From an uncultured Elusimicrobia bacterium (lineage in GTDB: Bacteria > Elusimicrobiota > Endomicrobiia > DTEH01): a stretch of DNA of 64,000 bases. Below are positions 1 through 15,000 of this stretch, piece after piece (positions within the stretch are counted from its first letter, which is position 1; every line of letters begins with the position of its first letter). Location of the stretch: NCBI GenBank assembly GCA_964508565.1, contig CAZDUB010000005.1, positions 9,756 to 73,755 on the forward strand, read 5' to 3'. The notes below the pieces were generated by a model, which saw only the letters and a program-made list of their open reading frames with translations, was not told the origin of the DNA and did no database searches. A program made the position numbers and the translations under genes.

Positions 1-1
1 T

Positions 2-3000
2 TCAATACCTTCTGTCTCAATTACGCAACCAGCTGACCTTTCATACTGGCATACATTGCTTACAATTTCAGGTAATGCTACTGAAGATATTTCTTACATT
101 TCAACAGTAACCGTTGCAATACAGAGGTTAACAGGAACTGTAAAATGGTTTGACGGTGTTGGTTTTAATTCAGATACAAGAGTTGACTTGCTTGCTTCAA
201 CAAATACACTGCCTACTTGGACATTTGGCGGGTTTGGTTCATCGCTTGAGGATAACAATAGATACAGGATTTATGTTAAAGCGTACGATGTTGCAGGTAA
301 CCAAACAGCTGATGTTACAGCAACATTTACTGTTGACCGTTCAACACCTACATCTGTTATAATTTCACCTACTGCCGGTTATTATCCAACAATTTCTTTA
401 GTTACAGGCACTGCTTCTGACCCAAACGACTATGCTTCCTGGTGTAGTAGGATTAAAATTTGGGTTTACAATGTTACAGACAACAAATACTGGGATTTTG
501 ATGTAGGCAGTTGGGGTGATGTAGGTGTTGAAAAATATAAATACCTTGATTACACAGCAGCACAACCCTTAAACTGGCAGCAAAGTTTGTCTGGGGTAAC
601 TTGGGAGGAACCAAAAGTTTACAGGATCTATGTAAAATCACGTGATCGTGCATTAAAGTCAGACGATCCTACATATGCAGGTAACTGGCAAGCAGGAACT
701 GAAGAGTTAACCGGTGCTACAATGGTAGAGTTTATAATTGATAAAACCACACCTACTGCTTCTTTCACATTGCCTGACCCGTCAATTGCTGATTATTATA
801 GAAACTACAATTCTCTTCCTACAATTTCAGGTACTGCAAACGATGCTACATCTGGTATAAAAAAGATATGGATTATACTTAAAGATAAAACATTAGGTTA
901 TTATTGGAATGGTGGTTACACAGGTACAGGTGCTGACTGGGTTGACACTATACAAAGAGTTTTTGTGTATAACAACCCAACTCCAACACCTGGCACAGTT
1001 ATATGGTATTCTTCAATTACAACACTTACAACAAACAGAAACTATCACTTATGGGTAGAGGTTGAAGATGCAGCAGGAAACAAACTTTTAGTTTCAGATA
1101 CAGACATTGGCAACAACATTGGCGGGTTACACTTCAAGTTTGATAATAGAGCACCTGTTACTTATTTAAGTTTGCCCACACCTGATAGTTATTTCAATAC
1201 TGCACTTACACAGATTTCCGGTACTGTTATAGACGATAATATCTCTGCTGGTTCAGGTGTGAGTCAGTTAAGGTTAAAGATTACTCGTGTAGATGCTATA
1301 GGCACTACATGGTATTTCACAGCACCTGGATGGTCTAATACAGGACCTGCTGCTGAGGTTATTATAACACCTACACTTATAAATGAGGCGCAAAAACTTT
1401 ATGAGTGGAGTTATAACTTTACAGAATGGATTGACAACAACAAGTATATATTCTATGTCAGGTCAAGAGATAATACACACTTAACAACTACAACACCTAA
1501 CTGGGAAACTGAAAAATCGTTTGTTGCATATTATGATATTACTAAACCTACCTCAAAAGTTACAAGACCGCCGCTGTCTGCTGCTGGGTATGACAAAGAT
1601 ATTGCTACTATATCAGGTACAGCACAGGATGTAAACACTTGGAGAAGCGGTGTCAAAGAAGTTTATGTTTCAGTTAAAAGATTATCTGATGATTTATGGT
1701 GGGGTGGTTGGACTTCGCCTGGTTTTAATTCAGCAACGCAAGTATGGTCAACGGCTACCATTGTTGAGGTTTATCAAACATCCGTCACATGGGTATACAA
1801 CATTGGTAGTTCTGCTTGGAATGACACAACTACTTACTGGGTTATCTCAAGAGTTTTAGATAAAGCTGGAAACTACGAAGAAGACTGGTCAACAAATGTA
1901 TTTATATGTGATATCACACCACCAACTGCAGCAATTACTTTCCCTGAAGAAGATCAAACTCTTGATTACAAACCAACAGTTCAAGGAACTGCCTCAGACC
2001 CTGCACCTGGTCAACTTAAAAAAATTAAAGTTGCAATACAATATGTTGGTGCAACTCCTACTACAAATGGTATCCAACCTAACTATTGGTGGTCAAAACC
2101 AGAAGGTGTGCCAGGTAGTTATTCTGATTGGATTTATTCATCCCAACCTGTATGGCTTGAAAAAACAATTTCAGGAAACTGGAGTTATGATACAGCTTCT
2201 GTTGCGTTTGATGCTACAGTTTCACCTGGGTATCCATACAAAATTTATGTTAAAGCAGTAGACCAGGCAGAAAACGAACAGACAACTACTGCTGAAAGAA
2301 AGTTCTACTATGCTGCACCTTTACCTGAGACAAAGATAACTCGTCCTGCAAACGAAGCATATTATAAGATAGATGCTGCATTCTCTATTGAAGGTACTGC
2401 GAACCAGTATACTGAAAATTCCTACGGTCCTGATGGTAAAGGTGTGTGGGTAAGAATTTCTTCAGGACCTGGATTTACAACATACTGGAATGAAGATTCG
2501 CAACAATGGTTGAGTTATTCTACCTGGAACTGGGTGAATTTAAATGAAGCAGTGACACCAAAAACTTGGGCAAGGTTGTTTAGCCAGTCAGCTTTTATTG
2601 ACGGAGTAAGATACAAAGTTGAATCCCGTGGTTATGGTCCCGCTGGACCCGAGCCTGATACAAATATTGAAGAAGTTTTCTTCTATTGTGACAGAACTCC
2701 ACCTTCCGGTGCTCTTACAACACCTGTTGATGGAGGGCATTACCAGTCAATAACTTCAATTGCTGGTACTTCTTTTGATACTTCTCCAGGAATTATAGAT
2801 TCTGTAAAAGTAAGAATAAGAAAGTTTGTTTCGCCTGACAACTACTACTATGCAGGTGGATACTGGACAACTGATCCAGGCGATCCTAACATATGGCGTC
2901 CTGCAGTTGCTAATGACGGTACATTTAATTCAAATAACGAGCCATGGACCTACACTGTAGAGTTTCCAACCGAAGCCTGGAAGGACCAGATGGTGCATTA

Positions 3001-6000
3001 TATACAAATTCGTGTTTATGATAAATCCAAAGAAGGTGGCAATGTATATACATCGCCTGAGATTTCTGTTGTGATTGACCGGACAGCGCCAACTTCTGGT
3101 TTGATATTCCCGAATTTAGCATTGCACAACTCAATTCCAGCTATAACAGGTACAGCAGCAGATACACCGCCTGGTCAATGGAGTGAGGTTAATATAAAAA
3201 TTAAGCGCGAAGGTGCAACTGAGACAAGATACTGGACAGGACCACCTTCAAACTTGTGGTCTTTAACTGAACAGTTTGCTTCAACTCAACCATTTACTTA
3301 TTATCAGTCGTCTTGGACATATAGTGGTGTGGCTTGGCAGTCAGGGTTTAAGTATACAATTATTACAAAAGCAAAGGATAAAGCAGGAAATGAAGAAACA
3401 GAACAGGCAAGGTTAACATTTATTTACGAGACAAAACCACCTGTTTCAGTTGTTGCTTTTTCACCATATCCTGAAGGTGTTAAACTTAATAGTTTGTCTG
3501 TTATAAGTGGAACTGCTGATGACTATCCGGATTCTGCTGAGGCAATGTATGCTACTGGTGTTTCTACATTTGAAGTAGCAGGTGGGTTTAACCAAGGTGT
3601 GCAGATTGCTTTAAGACAGCTTGCATACCCATCAACATATTACGGTAAAGCTGTACCTGCTGGCTGGAACAAGCAAGAGCCAGAATGGATTTATGTACAC
3701 TATTCATCAGCAACTAAGAAATGGTATATTGAAAACACAGAACTTGGTACATTTACTGGTCCTAGTGACCCACCGGATGGTATCTATCAGGTTATACCGA
3801 GAACAAATGACAATGCTGGAAATTTTGAAGTTGTATTTAACACAAGGACATTTATATGGGATACTACATCTCCAACATCACTTACAACCTATCCATCAAG
3901 TGGTTCTTATGTTGCAACTTTGACAAAAATTACAGGTACTGCAGATGAAAATCTTGCAGGAATTGATAAAGTTTATGTCTGGATTTTAGACCAAAATGGT
4001 AACTACTGGAATGGTTCTGGTTGGTCTTCTTCTGAAAGTTCGTTTACAGTAGTAATGTCTGGTGAGGTTGGTATATCAACATGGACTTTAAATACTTCAC
4101 CTACACTTACTGATGGTGCTACTTATTATATAAGAACGGTTGCAAAGGACTTAGCTGGGAATTTGCAGACAAATTACACAGAGATAAAATTCATCTGTGA
4201 CCGTCAAGGTCCTACTGTTTCTATAGTTGAACCAGTTGATACTACACCGCTTGATGCTTCAACTCCAAGGTTGTCTGTCTTGACAACAATAAGTGGGACT
4301 GCAGCTGATGTGGGTGTTGGTAGTATATCTGAGGTACAATATAGAATTAAAAATATCCGTCTCGGTAATTACTGGGACGGAAGTGGGTACTTGATAACTG
4401 ACTACAATATTCCTGAGTCAGATAAAGAGACAGCATGGTTTATCGTCCAGACAACTGTTACACCTGCGTATTCTATTTGGTTTGTTACACACTCGTTTAT
4501 AACTGATGAACAATACTTAGTTGAGGTTCGTGGTAAAGATACACTTGGAAATTATTCTGTTTTATATTCAACTATAAGTTTCACATTTGATACAAACATA
4601 CCTGTTTCCGCGATAAGTTTTCCATATAACACTACTGTCAGAACTATTTCAGGCGGGATTTATGGTAGCTGTCAAGACAGCGGTATTAACTTCCCAGGTA
4701 CAGTTACACAAGTGAGATTGGCAATTAAGAGGTTGTCTGATGGTTGGTGGTGGAGCCATACTGATTCTACATTTACTGCTACACAACCTTCACCACCTGA
4801 TGGGTATGTTTTAATTACTCCTGTTGGGAATAGCTGGAGTTATCCAACTATTACAGATGCGCATCTTACAAGTGGTACTTCCTACTACATTACAATAATT
4901 TGTCGTGATAACGCACTACCGCCAAATCAACAAAGTTGGTTTGTTGTATCCTCTACATTTACTTTTGATAACACACCACCTAATGTTGTAATCCAAAGAC
5001 CACCTTCTGTCACTCCTTACTACAACCAGACAGGGCTTACAGTAATCTCAGGTACAGCAGTTGATGCCACCTCACAAGTACAGGCGGTACAGATTAAGAT
5101 ACAGCGTTCTTCTGATGGTAAATGGTGGATTGATACTAATGGCGATGGTATCGGTGAAGGTGCGGATAACGGCTGGGCGGTTTCAGGTTCTGTTGAGATA
5201 CCTTGTGATATTTCAACACTTCCAACTTGGAAGTATTCTTTAGCAAACTTTGTAGCAAATCATGGGGTAAGATACGATGTTTGGGCGCGTGCTTGGGATG
5301 TACCAGGCACAACCTCAAGTTGGGTTGGGCCACAATCTTTCATTTATGATGTTGGTGTGCCGACAGCTGCTGTTTTTTCACCTACAAATGAAAGTTTTGT
5401 AAATACACAGATTGCGACAATTTCAGGTACAGCATTGGATGAACCAGCAGGGATTGCTTCAGTAGAAATAGCAATTGCTTCAAATCCTGTAGCACCTGCT
5501 GGTTCCTGGTGGGATCCGAATACACAAAGCTGGACTGCACAGAATGAAGTTTGGTTCTCAACAAATGTTTCGTATAACTATATTCCAACACCAAATGTCT
5601 GGGTTTCAACAACACCACCGCTTGAAAATGGTAAGAAATACTTTATAAGGTTAAGAACTACAGACCGTGCAGGTAATGTAAGAATACAGGATTCAATTAA
5701 ATTTACATACGATGCAACACCGCCTACAATTGTTTTACAAGAACCTCAAGGCCACGGGCCTTCTAATAATTATGAAGGTCCTAACACATTGCCTATAATT
5801 TCAGGTACTGCAAATGATACATCACCTGGTGTCATAGCATCTGTTAATGTTTGGATTACAACAAACCCTGCAAGCCCATGGTATTGGAACGGTACTTCCT
5901 GGCAGGACACTGAATATTCATTTAATGCTGATATAACTGGCTTACCTAACTGGAAGCTTGAAAGTACAGTTTATAACAATCCTTGGCAGCACGGTGTTAC

Positions 6001-9000
6001 CTTTAGAGTTATCTCGAAAGCGTACGATTCTGCTGGGAATCCTTCAGGTGAGGTTTATAAAGATTTTGTTTATGACGCAGCTGTACCAGTATCAAGTATA
6101 ACTTATCCAAGCTCAAACATAAATATAAGGTCTCTTACTGTAATTTCAGGTACACATTCAGATGCACATTCTGGTATAAAAAGTGTAAAAGTTGCAATTA
6201 GGCATCCATCTGGAACTTTCTGGAATGGAACATCTTGGGTATCATACGATCCTGCTACATGTTGGTTAGATGCTGTTGTTTATCAAACAAGTTATGTGTT
6301 TACAAACCTGCCAACTTCCTGGGATGACAGAACTGTTTACAGGTGTTATGTTCGAGCAGAAGATAATGTTTCAAACATAGAACCAGTACCACCTGATTGG
6401 TTGACAGCAGGAGTGCCATTTAGAATAGATTATTCTTCGCCGACATCAACAGTTTCAGACGGAACTTTACTTTCAGGGACTACTGTTTATCTTAAAGGTT
6501 ATATAACCTCAGTTGCAGGTACTGCTACTGATTTAACTGGTGGTAGTGGTGTCTCTGAAGTAAGGATAAGAGTAAGAAGGTCTGATGGGCTATATATGAA
6601 CGCTGCTGAAAACGACTGGACCACTGATTCTTCGTTTAACATATTAGCTTCCGGTGCTGAAAGCTGGTCTAAAGTATTTAGTTCACCAGGAATGCTTGAG
6701 GATGGTTATTGGTATGAGATAGAATCGAAAGCAAAAGACAAAGTTGTACCTGTTGCAAACGAACAGACACTTTTTGTTCCTGCAAGGTTCTATGTTGATA
6801 AGTCATCACCTGTAGCTGTTGTACAATATCCTGGCAACAACATACCTAACGATTTACACTATAACTGGTCAAGTTTGTTTAATATTTATGGTACAGCACA
6901 GGATGTGATAGTTGGTGGTGGCCAACCATCTGGAGTAAGCAATGTAGCGGTCGCGTTGATGCGACTTTCTGACAATATGTACTACACATCTACTGGATTT
7001 GACTCTTCAGTTTCAAGTTTCCATGTGTGCAACCTGTCACCATCTGCAACATACTGGTGGTATAGTTTTAACCCGTCATACTTGACTGACAATACATCTT
7101 ACACAGTTGTTGCACGTGTGTATGACCGTTCTATGAACTATCAGCTGTCAACTGTGAACTACTTCGTATATGATACATCTGCACCAGTTTCTTTGGTAGT
7201 TTTACCACAAGAAGGTGTGCTTTATGATAACAATACTTTACCAACAGTTTCAGGTACAGCAGTAGATTTAGTTTATGGTGGTCTTGGTAGAGTTGTTTCA
7301 GTAAAAATTACACTACAGCGTTCACCTTATGGTACAAACGATTACTGGACAGGTACAACTTGGGGTGCACAAACTTGGCTTGATACTACTGGATTATATG
7401 TTGGTAATACATATTATTGGTATTATGATGCAAGAAATGTTTTATGGAATGTAGATGAGACAGAGTATAAAATTGTTGCTGTTGCAACTGATAAAGCAGG
7501 TAATACTGAATTGGCACCGCAGACAAGAACATTTAGGTTTAGACCTTTACTTCCAAATTCTTATATAACACTACCACAGAACAACAGGTACTACTCTACA
7601 TTGACACAGATTGCAGGTACTACTGAGAATGCAGAATCTGTCCGTGTTGCGATATTAAGAAACTCTGATGGGTATTATTACACAGGTTCTAATGTTGAAC
7701 CTTACTGGACAAACACAGAAACTTGGCTTGTTCCTGTTGGTACACAGACATTTAGTTATACAATTCCTGCTGGTGATAGTTTATGGGTTTATGGTTCATC
7801 ATATACTGTAAAGTCAAAAGCAAAATCACTTTATGGTGATAGATGGCAAGGTGATTCAGGACAACTGCCAATAACAGAATCTGTTTTCTGGTTTGACAAT
7901 GTTGCACCTGTTTCTGTTGTAAACTCACCGCAGGCAGGAACACCACATTATAATAACTTGACTCTACCAACTTTGTCAGGAACTGCTTATGACGAACTTT
8001 CTGGTATTTCCAAAGTTGAGTATTCACTACAAGATTTAACAGCAGGGACAACATTCTGGGATGCTGCTACACAATCCTGGGTTTCAGCAGTAGAGTTGTG
8101 GAACACTACAAACTGGACCTCACCTGTATGGAGTACATATATTCCAGCAGGATATTTCACAGATGGGCATACTTATAGAGTAAAATCAAAAGCTTATGAT
8201 AACACACTACCTTCACCTGGTAGGATTGAAGTACCATCTGCAGGAAGAGATTTCATATACGATATAACGAAACCAACAGCGACAATTGTAAGGCCACCAC
8301 TTGACGGAGTCGCTTCTATCCCGTTTGGAAACTTACCTTCATATAAGACAGGTTTTGTTTTAACAGGAAACTTAGTTGACAAATCTCCAGGTGTTGTTGA
8401 AAGGGTTGAAGTTATGATCTATGACTTTGTTGCAAACAAATACTATACAGGTAGTGGTTGGCAGTCATCACCTGTTTGGATTTCTACTGAGACAACTGCT
8501 TTGTTTAATGTGTGGAGCTCTTCTTGGAGTTATAATGTTGGCAATATCTGGACTTCAGGAAGAAAGTATTTAGTTGTAGCAAAAGCAAAAGATAAAGCAG
8601 GAAATATTCAGGATATATTTGAAGTTAATATTTCTTCTAACCAGTTTATATTTGATACAAAAGCTCCGCAGACAGTTTTGACTTTACCTTCACAACAATA
8701 TGTTAATACACTAACAGATATTCAAGGAACCTCAACTGATGTAACAGAGACATATTATGTTGGTATGGATCCTAACCAAAACAGAGTAAAACTTGTAATT
8801 TACAATGTGACAGATAATACTTACTGGAACGGTTCAAACTGGCAGGTTGCTGTTTCAACACAAAATGCAGCAAGGGCAGGTCTTAATTGGGATAGCTGGT
8901 ATTATAGTGGTGTAAGCTGGATATCAGATAAACAGTATGAAATAAGACACTGGGCAGTGGATGATTTAGGCAATGAGGAAGTACCGTCAGTTAAGTTTAC

Positions 9001-12000
9001 AATAATCTATGATACCACACCACCGACTTCACAGATTGTTTATCCTGAAAATGATAAATTCTATAAACAACTTACAGCAATTTCAGGTACAGCAGATGCT
9101 CAACTTTCAGGGTTGGCAGGTGTTAAAATACAGGTTTCTTCCTGGACAGGGACAGATTGGAGTGTGCTTGCAGGGTATGATTTTGTTTCTGTGAACAATG
9201 TTTATCAGTCATCTTGGAGCTGGACTGTTGGGTTGCCTTCTTGGGTTTCTGGAGTAAAGTATAGGTTAATAAGTAAAGCAGTTGATAGAGCTGGTAATTC
9301 AGAGGTGGTTTTGTCAACTGTAACATTTACTTTTGATACACAGGCGCCAACTGTTGCAATAAACCTACCTGTTGGTGGTAAGTCGTACAAGAATTTGCCA
9401 CAGATAACAGGTACAGCATATGATGCTCAGTCAAGAGTAAAGAAAGTTGAGTTATGTATAAGAGATTTAACATATTCTTCAACTTACTTCAATAAAGCTA
9501 TAAATGATTGGGTGTATAGTTCAGAAGATCTATGGTTTGAATCTGATGCGTTTGTTGAAGCACAAAGTGTTGTCTGGACATTTACACTACAGACACCTGC
9601 TACAACTTGGGCTGATGGCAGAACATATGAAGTTAAAGCACGCGCGTATGATGCAGCGTTGAATACTTCTACAGTTGCAGGTCCTTGGACATTCAAGGAT
9701 GACAAAACACCACCTGTAACAAGAATTACACCTTATCCTGTACACAATGCATTTTATGACAATATACTTACAATTTCAGGTACTGCACATGACGATACTG
9801 CTGGAGTAAGGAAAATTTATGTAAAACTTGAAAGAGTTGCAGATGGATATACCTGGGATTGGAATGAAAAGAGGTGGAAGTCAGGAAATTACTACACAGA
9901 GATAAGTTATACAGAACCATACATGCTTGATAGAGTATGGAGTGTTGCTGTTTCAACAACGGATGTAGACAACAATCCAACTTGGGGAGACGGCTTGAGT
10001 TATAAAATATACAGTTGGGCTTCTGATGGAGTTGTAAATGTTGACCAGCAAGAAACTGTGTTTGAAGATGGTAGAAACAGAATAACAGTTTTAATTGATA
10101 GGCAGTCACCTCTGTTCTATGTTCAAGCACCGCTTAATAATACTTACTATCGTTCACTTAATACAATATCTGGTACATGCAAAGACCAGGGACCTTCAGG
10201 AATTAAAGAAGTTTATGTTGCTGTTCGTGTAGAAGGCGGTAACTTCTGGAGTGGTAATGCGTTTGATAGTGATTCACCTGATATTAACCCGAACGCTTGG
10301 AGACCAGCTACACTTTCGCCAGCAGCTACTTTCTTCTACTTTACAGAAATAGCAGACGCTGGTGGTTGGGTATCAGGTGGAAGGTATAGGATTTTTGTTA
10401 AGGTAGTAGACAATGCTGGTAATATAAATGCTCAGACAGATTGGGTATCTGGTGGCAACTTCTTTAGGGTCGACTGGATACCACCGACATCAAGGATTGT
10501 AAATCCTCAAACTGTAGAGTATAGAACTACTGCTTTAAGTTTAGTTACAGGTACTTGTAGTGACGGCGTAGGTGTTGGTGTTGAAAGAGTAAGGTTGTTT
10601 ATACAAAGAGCAGAAGATGGAAAGTATTGGTCTGTTACAGCAGGAGATTGGTCAGGTTCTGTTGATTCCTACTCAGTTTATCCTACAGGTATACCACCAG
10701 ATCAACAATGGCAACAGGATGTCTCAGCTGTTGCTTGGAAGCCAGGATATAAGTATCTTTTGTGGTCAATTGCAAGGGATGCCGTAACATTGCCACCGCC
10801 AGCTTACAACTATGAAGTAAACTGGGCTACAAATGTTTACTACTACGATCCACACAGTCCATTAGTATCAATACAACTTCCAGCAAACAACAGCTGGAGA
10901 CGAACACTTACAACAATATCAGGTACTGCTTGTGACCCAACATATACTGACCCAACTGTAGGTGTTCCGGGTACACCTTCTAATATTGACAAAGTTGAGA
11001 TTTCAATACAGAGATTATCTGATGGATATTACTTCTATGGAAGTTCGTTCTCTTTAGGTTCACAAGCATGGCTTAACACCACAATTTATGAATATCAACC
11101 TACATCTTGGAGCTGGACATATTCAATGCTTGATTCTTATTGGACAGATAATACATCTTATACAGTTGTTGCACGAGCATATGATAAAGCTGGGAATCTT
11201 TCATTCTATGCTACCAACTACTTCATATTTGACACCTCAGCACCAACTTCTGCTATAACTTATGGTGCTCCTACTGATGAAACTAACCAACCAATAGGTT
11301 ATCTACCATCATATCCTGTAAGAACTACACTTACATCTATAACAGGAACAGCAGCTGATTATGGACTTGGTAAACCTGACAAGGTTGAACTACAAATAAG
11401 ACGAGTTGACCCAACACCGGTGAAATACTTAGCTCCAGATTTGACATTTGTTGATTTCACAACAGCTGTGGTTGTTAATGTAAATCCTGACGGTAGCTGG
11501 AGTTTTGACACTTCAGCAGTTGGTTGGTTGTCTTTCTCAAACTATGAAATGCAATCAAGAGCAATTGATAAAGCTGGCAATGTTGAACAAGTATGGTCGG
11601 CTGTAAGAACATTTAGGATGGAGCCAGAGAGAGCAAAGTCAGTAATTACTTCTGTTGAGAATGGTAAGTTTTACCAGTCAGTTTCAGCAATAGGTGGTAC
11701 AGCAACACAAACACCTCTTACTGAAAGGTTGGATATAAGAATTAAACGCGAAACTGACAGTAAGTATTGGTCTGATACTTTAGGCAATTGGGTTTCTTAT
11801 TCAACTTGGGTTGTTATAATCTCACCGACACTTCCTAACTGGTCATATTCGCATCCAAGTTTGCAGTTTGTGCATGGTTCAAGTTATACTGTTGCGTCAA
11901 AAGCGTGGAGGTTATCTCCACTTGTAGCTGAATACGATACAGAACCACCGGGACCTGCACCAAATGTAATGCCTACATTCTGGATTGACAATGTTGAACC

Positions 12001-15000
12001 TACTGTTAGCTTGACATTACCTAACAAAGCATATGTGAACAATTTACCAACAGTTTCAGGTACTGCAGATGATGCACTTGCTGGAGTTGACAAAGTAGAA
12101 CTTTATATCCGTGATATAGCGCAAGGCACAACTTACTGGTCACAGTATTTACAATCCTGGGTGGACTATTCAACTGCTTGTGTTGCTAACTACAATAATA
12201 TTACTAAAGAGTGGATATTTACAGGTTCAACACCTACCTGGGTGAACTTAAAACAGTATGGTATTAAAGTAAAAGTTTATGACAGAAGTGTTCCACCGAA
12301 TACATACGAGTTGCCTGAGTTTACATTCTACTACGATTTGGTAACACCAACTGCTACAATTACTTCATTGTTACATGGTTCAACAATGTCAGTGGTTAAC
12401 GAAATTTCCGGTGAGTACTTTGATTTACCTTCAAACTCTGCTGTTGACAGAACAGCATCGCCTTCACCTGTTGAAGTAAAAATCCAAGCATTAGGTGGTA
12501 CTTATGCAGGTAGGTACTGGAGAGACAATCCTGCTGGGTGGGTGTTGTCTGAGACTTGGAACAATTCAACAGATACTGTTAAAGTTTATACATCTTCCTG
12601 GACCTATATAAAACCAACAGCGCTTGATTGGGAGAATGGAGTTTGGTATTCAGTAGTAGTAAGAGTAAAAGATATTGCAGGAAATCAACAGTCAACATTT
12701 GTTGTTGGAGTATCATCAATTTCATTCCTTTGTGACAAAACACCACCTGAAACTACAGTTACAACACCTGGACAGACATATCTTTCAGTACCACCATTGA
12801 ACTTAGCTGGTAGTTTAACCGATACACTTTCCGGTGCAGCAACTGTTTACTTAAGGCTGTGTTTGTGGCTGGCTGACGGCACTACATATTACTGGACTGG
12901 TGCTACCTGGTCTTCAACAACTGTTGATGCTACAATTATAGCTGAAGAGTTGTCACCTAAATATGTACCACCGTTAGCAACTTGGTCAAATCCATTCCCA
13001 GCAGAAGTAACCTTTGCAGATATAGGTGGTTATACTGATAAGAAATACAATATTCGTGTTCAAGGTGTAGATGGTGCAAAACCATATGGTAATATTGAAA
13101 GTTGGGATACTGGGTTTGACTTCTATATTGATACTACACCACCGGTTTCACAGATTAACTCTCCAGTGAACAACTCAAAACTTTCTAATTTGAGCTTAAT
13201 TTCAGGTACAGCTAATGGATTCTTCTGCGGCTTACAAGAAGTAAGAATACAAATTTCTTCTTGGACAGGATCTTCTTGGTCAGTAGTTTTAGATTGGACT
13301 GACACAGAAAACGATGTAACTTCACCTGGTAATATTACAACAACCTGGTACTACACCATACCAGCAGGTCTTCTACAAAATGGAGTAAGATATAGAGTAA
13401 TATCCCGTGCAAGAGATAATGCTTCAAACTACGAAGTTAAGTTATCAACAGTAGAGTTTATATTTGACATTTCAGCCCCTGAAACAGTAATAATTGTACC
13501 TGATAGGGCATATTACGGTTCACAGACAACGCAACTTCCAACAATTTCAGGTACTTCACGCGACCTGCCAACTTCACCACTTGTGAACTCCGGAGTTGAC
13601 AAAGTATTTATAAGAATCTCAAGAACACCTGATGATGGTCTTCCATATTGGAGTGGATATTTAAGACAATGGGTTTCATACTCAACTTGGAGTGTTTGTG
13701 TTGATACATCACCTTGGTATTATACGATGTTTGAATCAAGTTGTAGTTGGGAAGATGGAAGGATGTATACAGTTAACACTCGTGCAGTTGATTTTGCAGG
13801 AAATCTTTCCGGCTGGACGACTTATACATTTAGGTATGATGAAACACTTCCACGCTGCAGTATCGTAGAACCAAACAAAAACTGGGTCTCAGTTTTAACA
13901 ACAATTTCAGGTACAGCTTATGATTGGCCATCTTTGTATCCTTACAAGTCAGGATTAAGAAAAGTTGAATTAGCAATTCAAAGAGTAGATATTCAGCAAT
14001 GGTTTAATCCAGCAACTGGTGGATTTACAGAACTCACAACATATTGGTATTTAATAAACACATATACAGCTGAACTTTCAACTGTAAGCTGGATCGCAAC
14101 AGGTGTTTCAACACCTACTTGGGAAAATGGAAGAACTTATTTGATAAAAGTTCGTGCATTTGATATGTCTGAAAACGAATCAGTACATCAATCTATAACA
14201 TTTACATACGATAGAAGTGAACCAACACTATCAATTACAAAACCTGACCAGCCTGCACACAATAGTTTGCCGACAATATCAGGTACAGCAAACGATACTG
14301 CTGGTGGAACAGCTGGTGAGATTGAATATGTAGCTTTAAGAGTAAAAGATGTAACATTAGGTAGATACTACAACAGAGCCATAGATGATTGGGATCCAGC
14401 ATTAACAGCAGAACAGGCATGGTTTGTTGCAACAAATACTTCTACTTGGGAAGTATGGTTTGCAACATTTACAAAATGGATTTCTGGTAGGTACTTTGAA
14501 GTTAACGCTTATGCAAAAGATAAATCAGGCCTTTATTCAACAGTGTTTGCCACAAAGACATTCTTATACGATGTAGAACCACCTGCTATTGTTGTTACAA
14601 AACCAAAGACAGGCGAATTCTGGAGAACACTCGGTACAATCTCCGGTACAGCACAGGATATGCCATATCCTGGGAACAACTCTGGAAGTGGTTTAAAGAG
14701 AATTGCCGTAAGGAACAACTTGACAGGCCTTTGGTTTGATGGGACAAACTTTACTGCCGGAACACCACAAGCGGCATACTTTAGTTTAGGTCCTGGAGAT
14801 GGTGACTGGAGTTTCTACAATGCAACACTTGCTGGTATACTTGAATCCGGTGTTTCTTACTATATAACTACACAAGCGTTTGATTACGCAGGGAATGAAA
14901 CTGGTTGGTACAATGTTGGTTCATCAACATTTGTGTTTGACAACACAGTTCCAACTGCTTATGTAGTAATTCCACAGATAACAGAGACATATTACAGAAC

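Noticed and set aside
56-58. TTG at nt 56 as the true start codon of the giant gene (as implied by the ORF track)
   Set aside because: The frame is open upstream to the window edge. The upstream residues complete a repeat module, and no RBS precedes it.
1896-2261. Plus-strand off-frame ORFs within the giant gene (1896-2261, 21912-22271, 3621-3923 and others)
   Set aside because: They overlap the main frame out of phase. Their translations are L/Q/H-rich nonsense without repeat periodicity, whereas the main frame shows conserved motifs.
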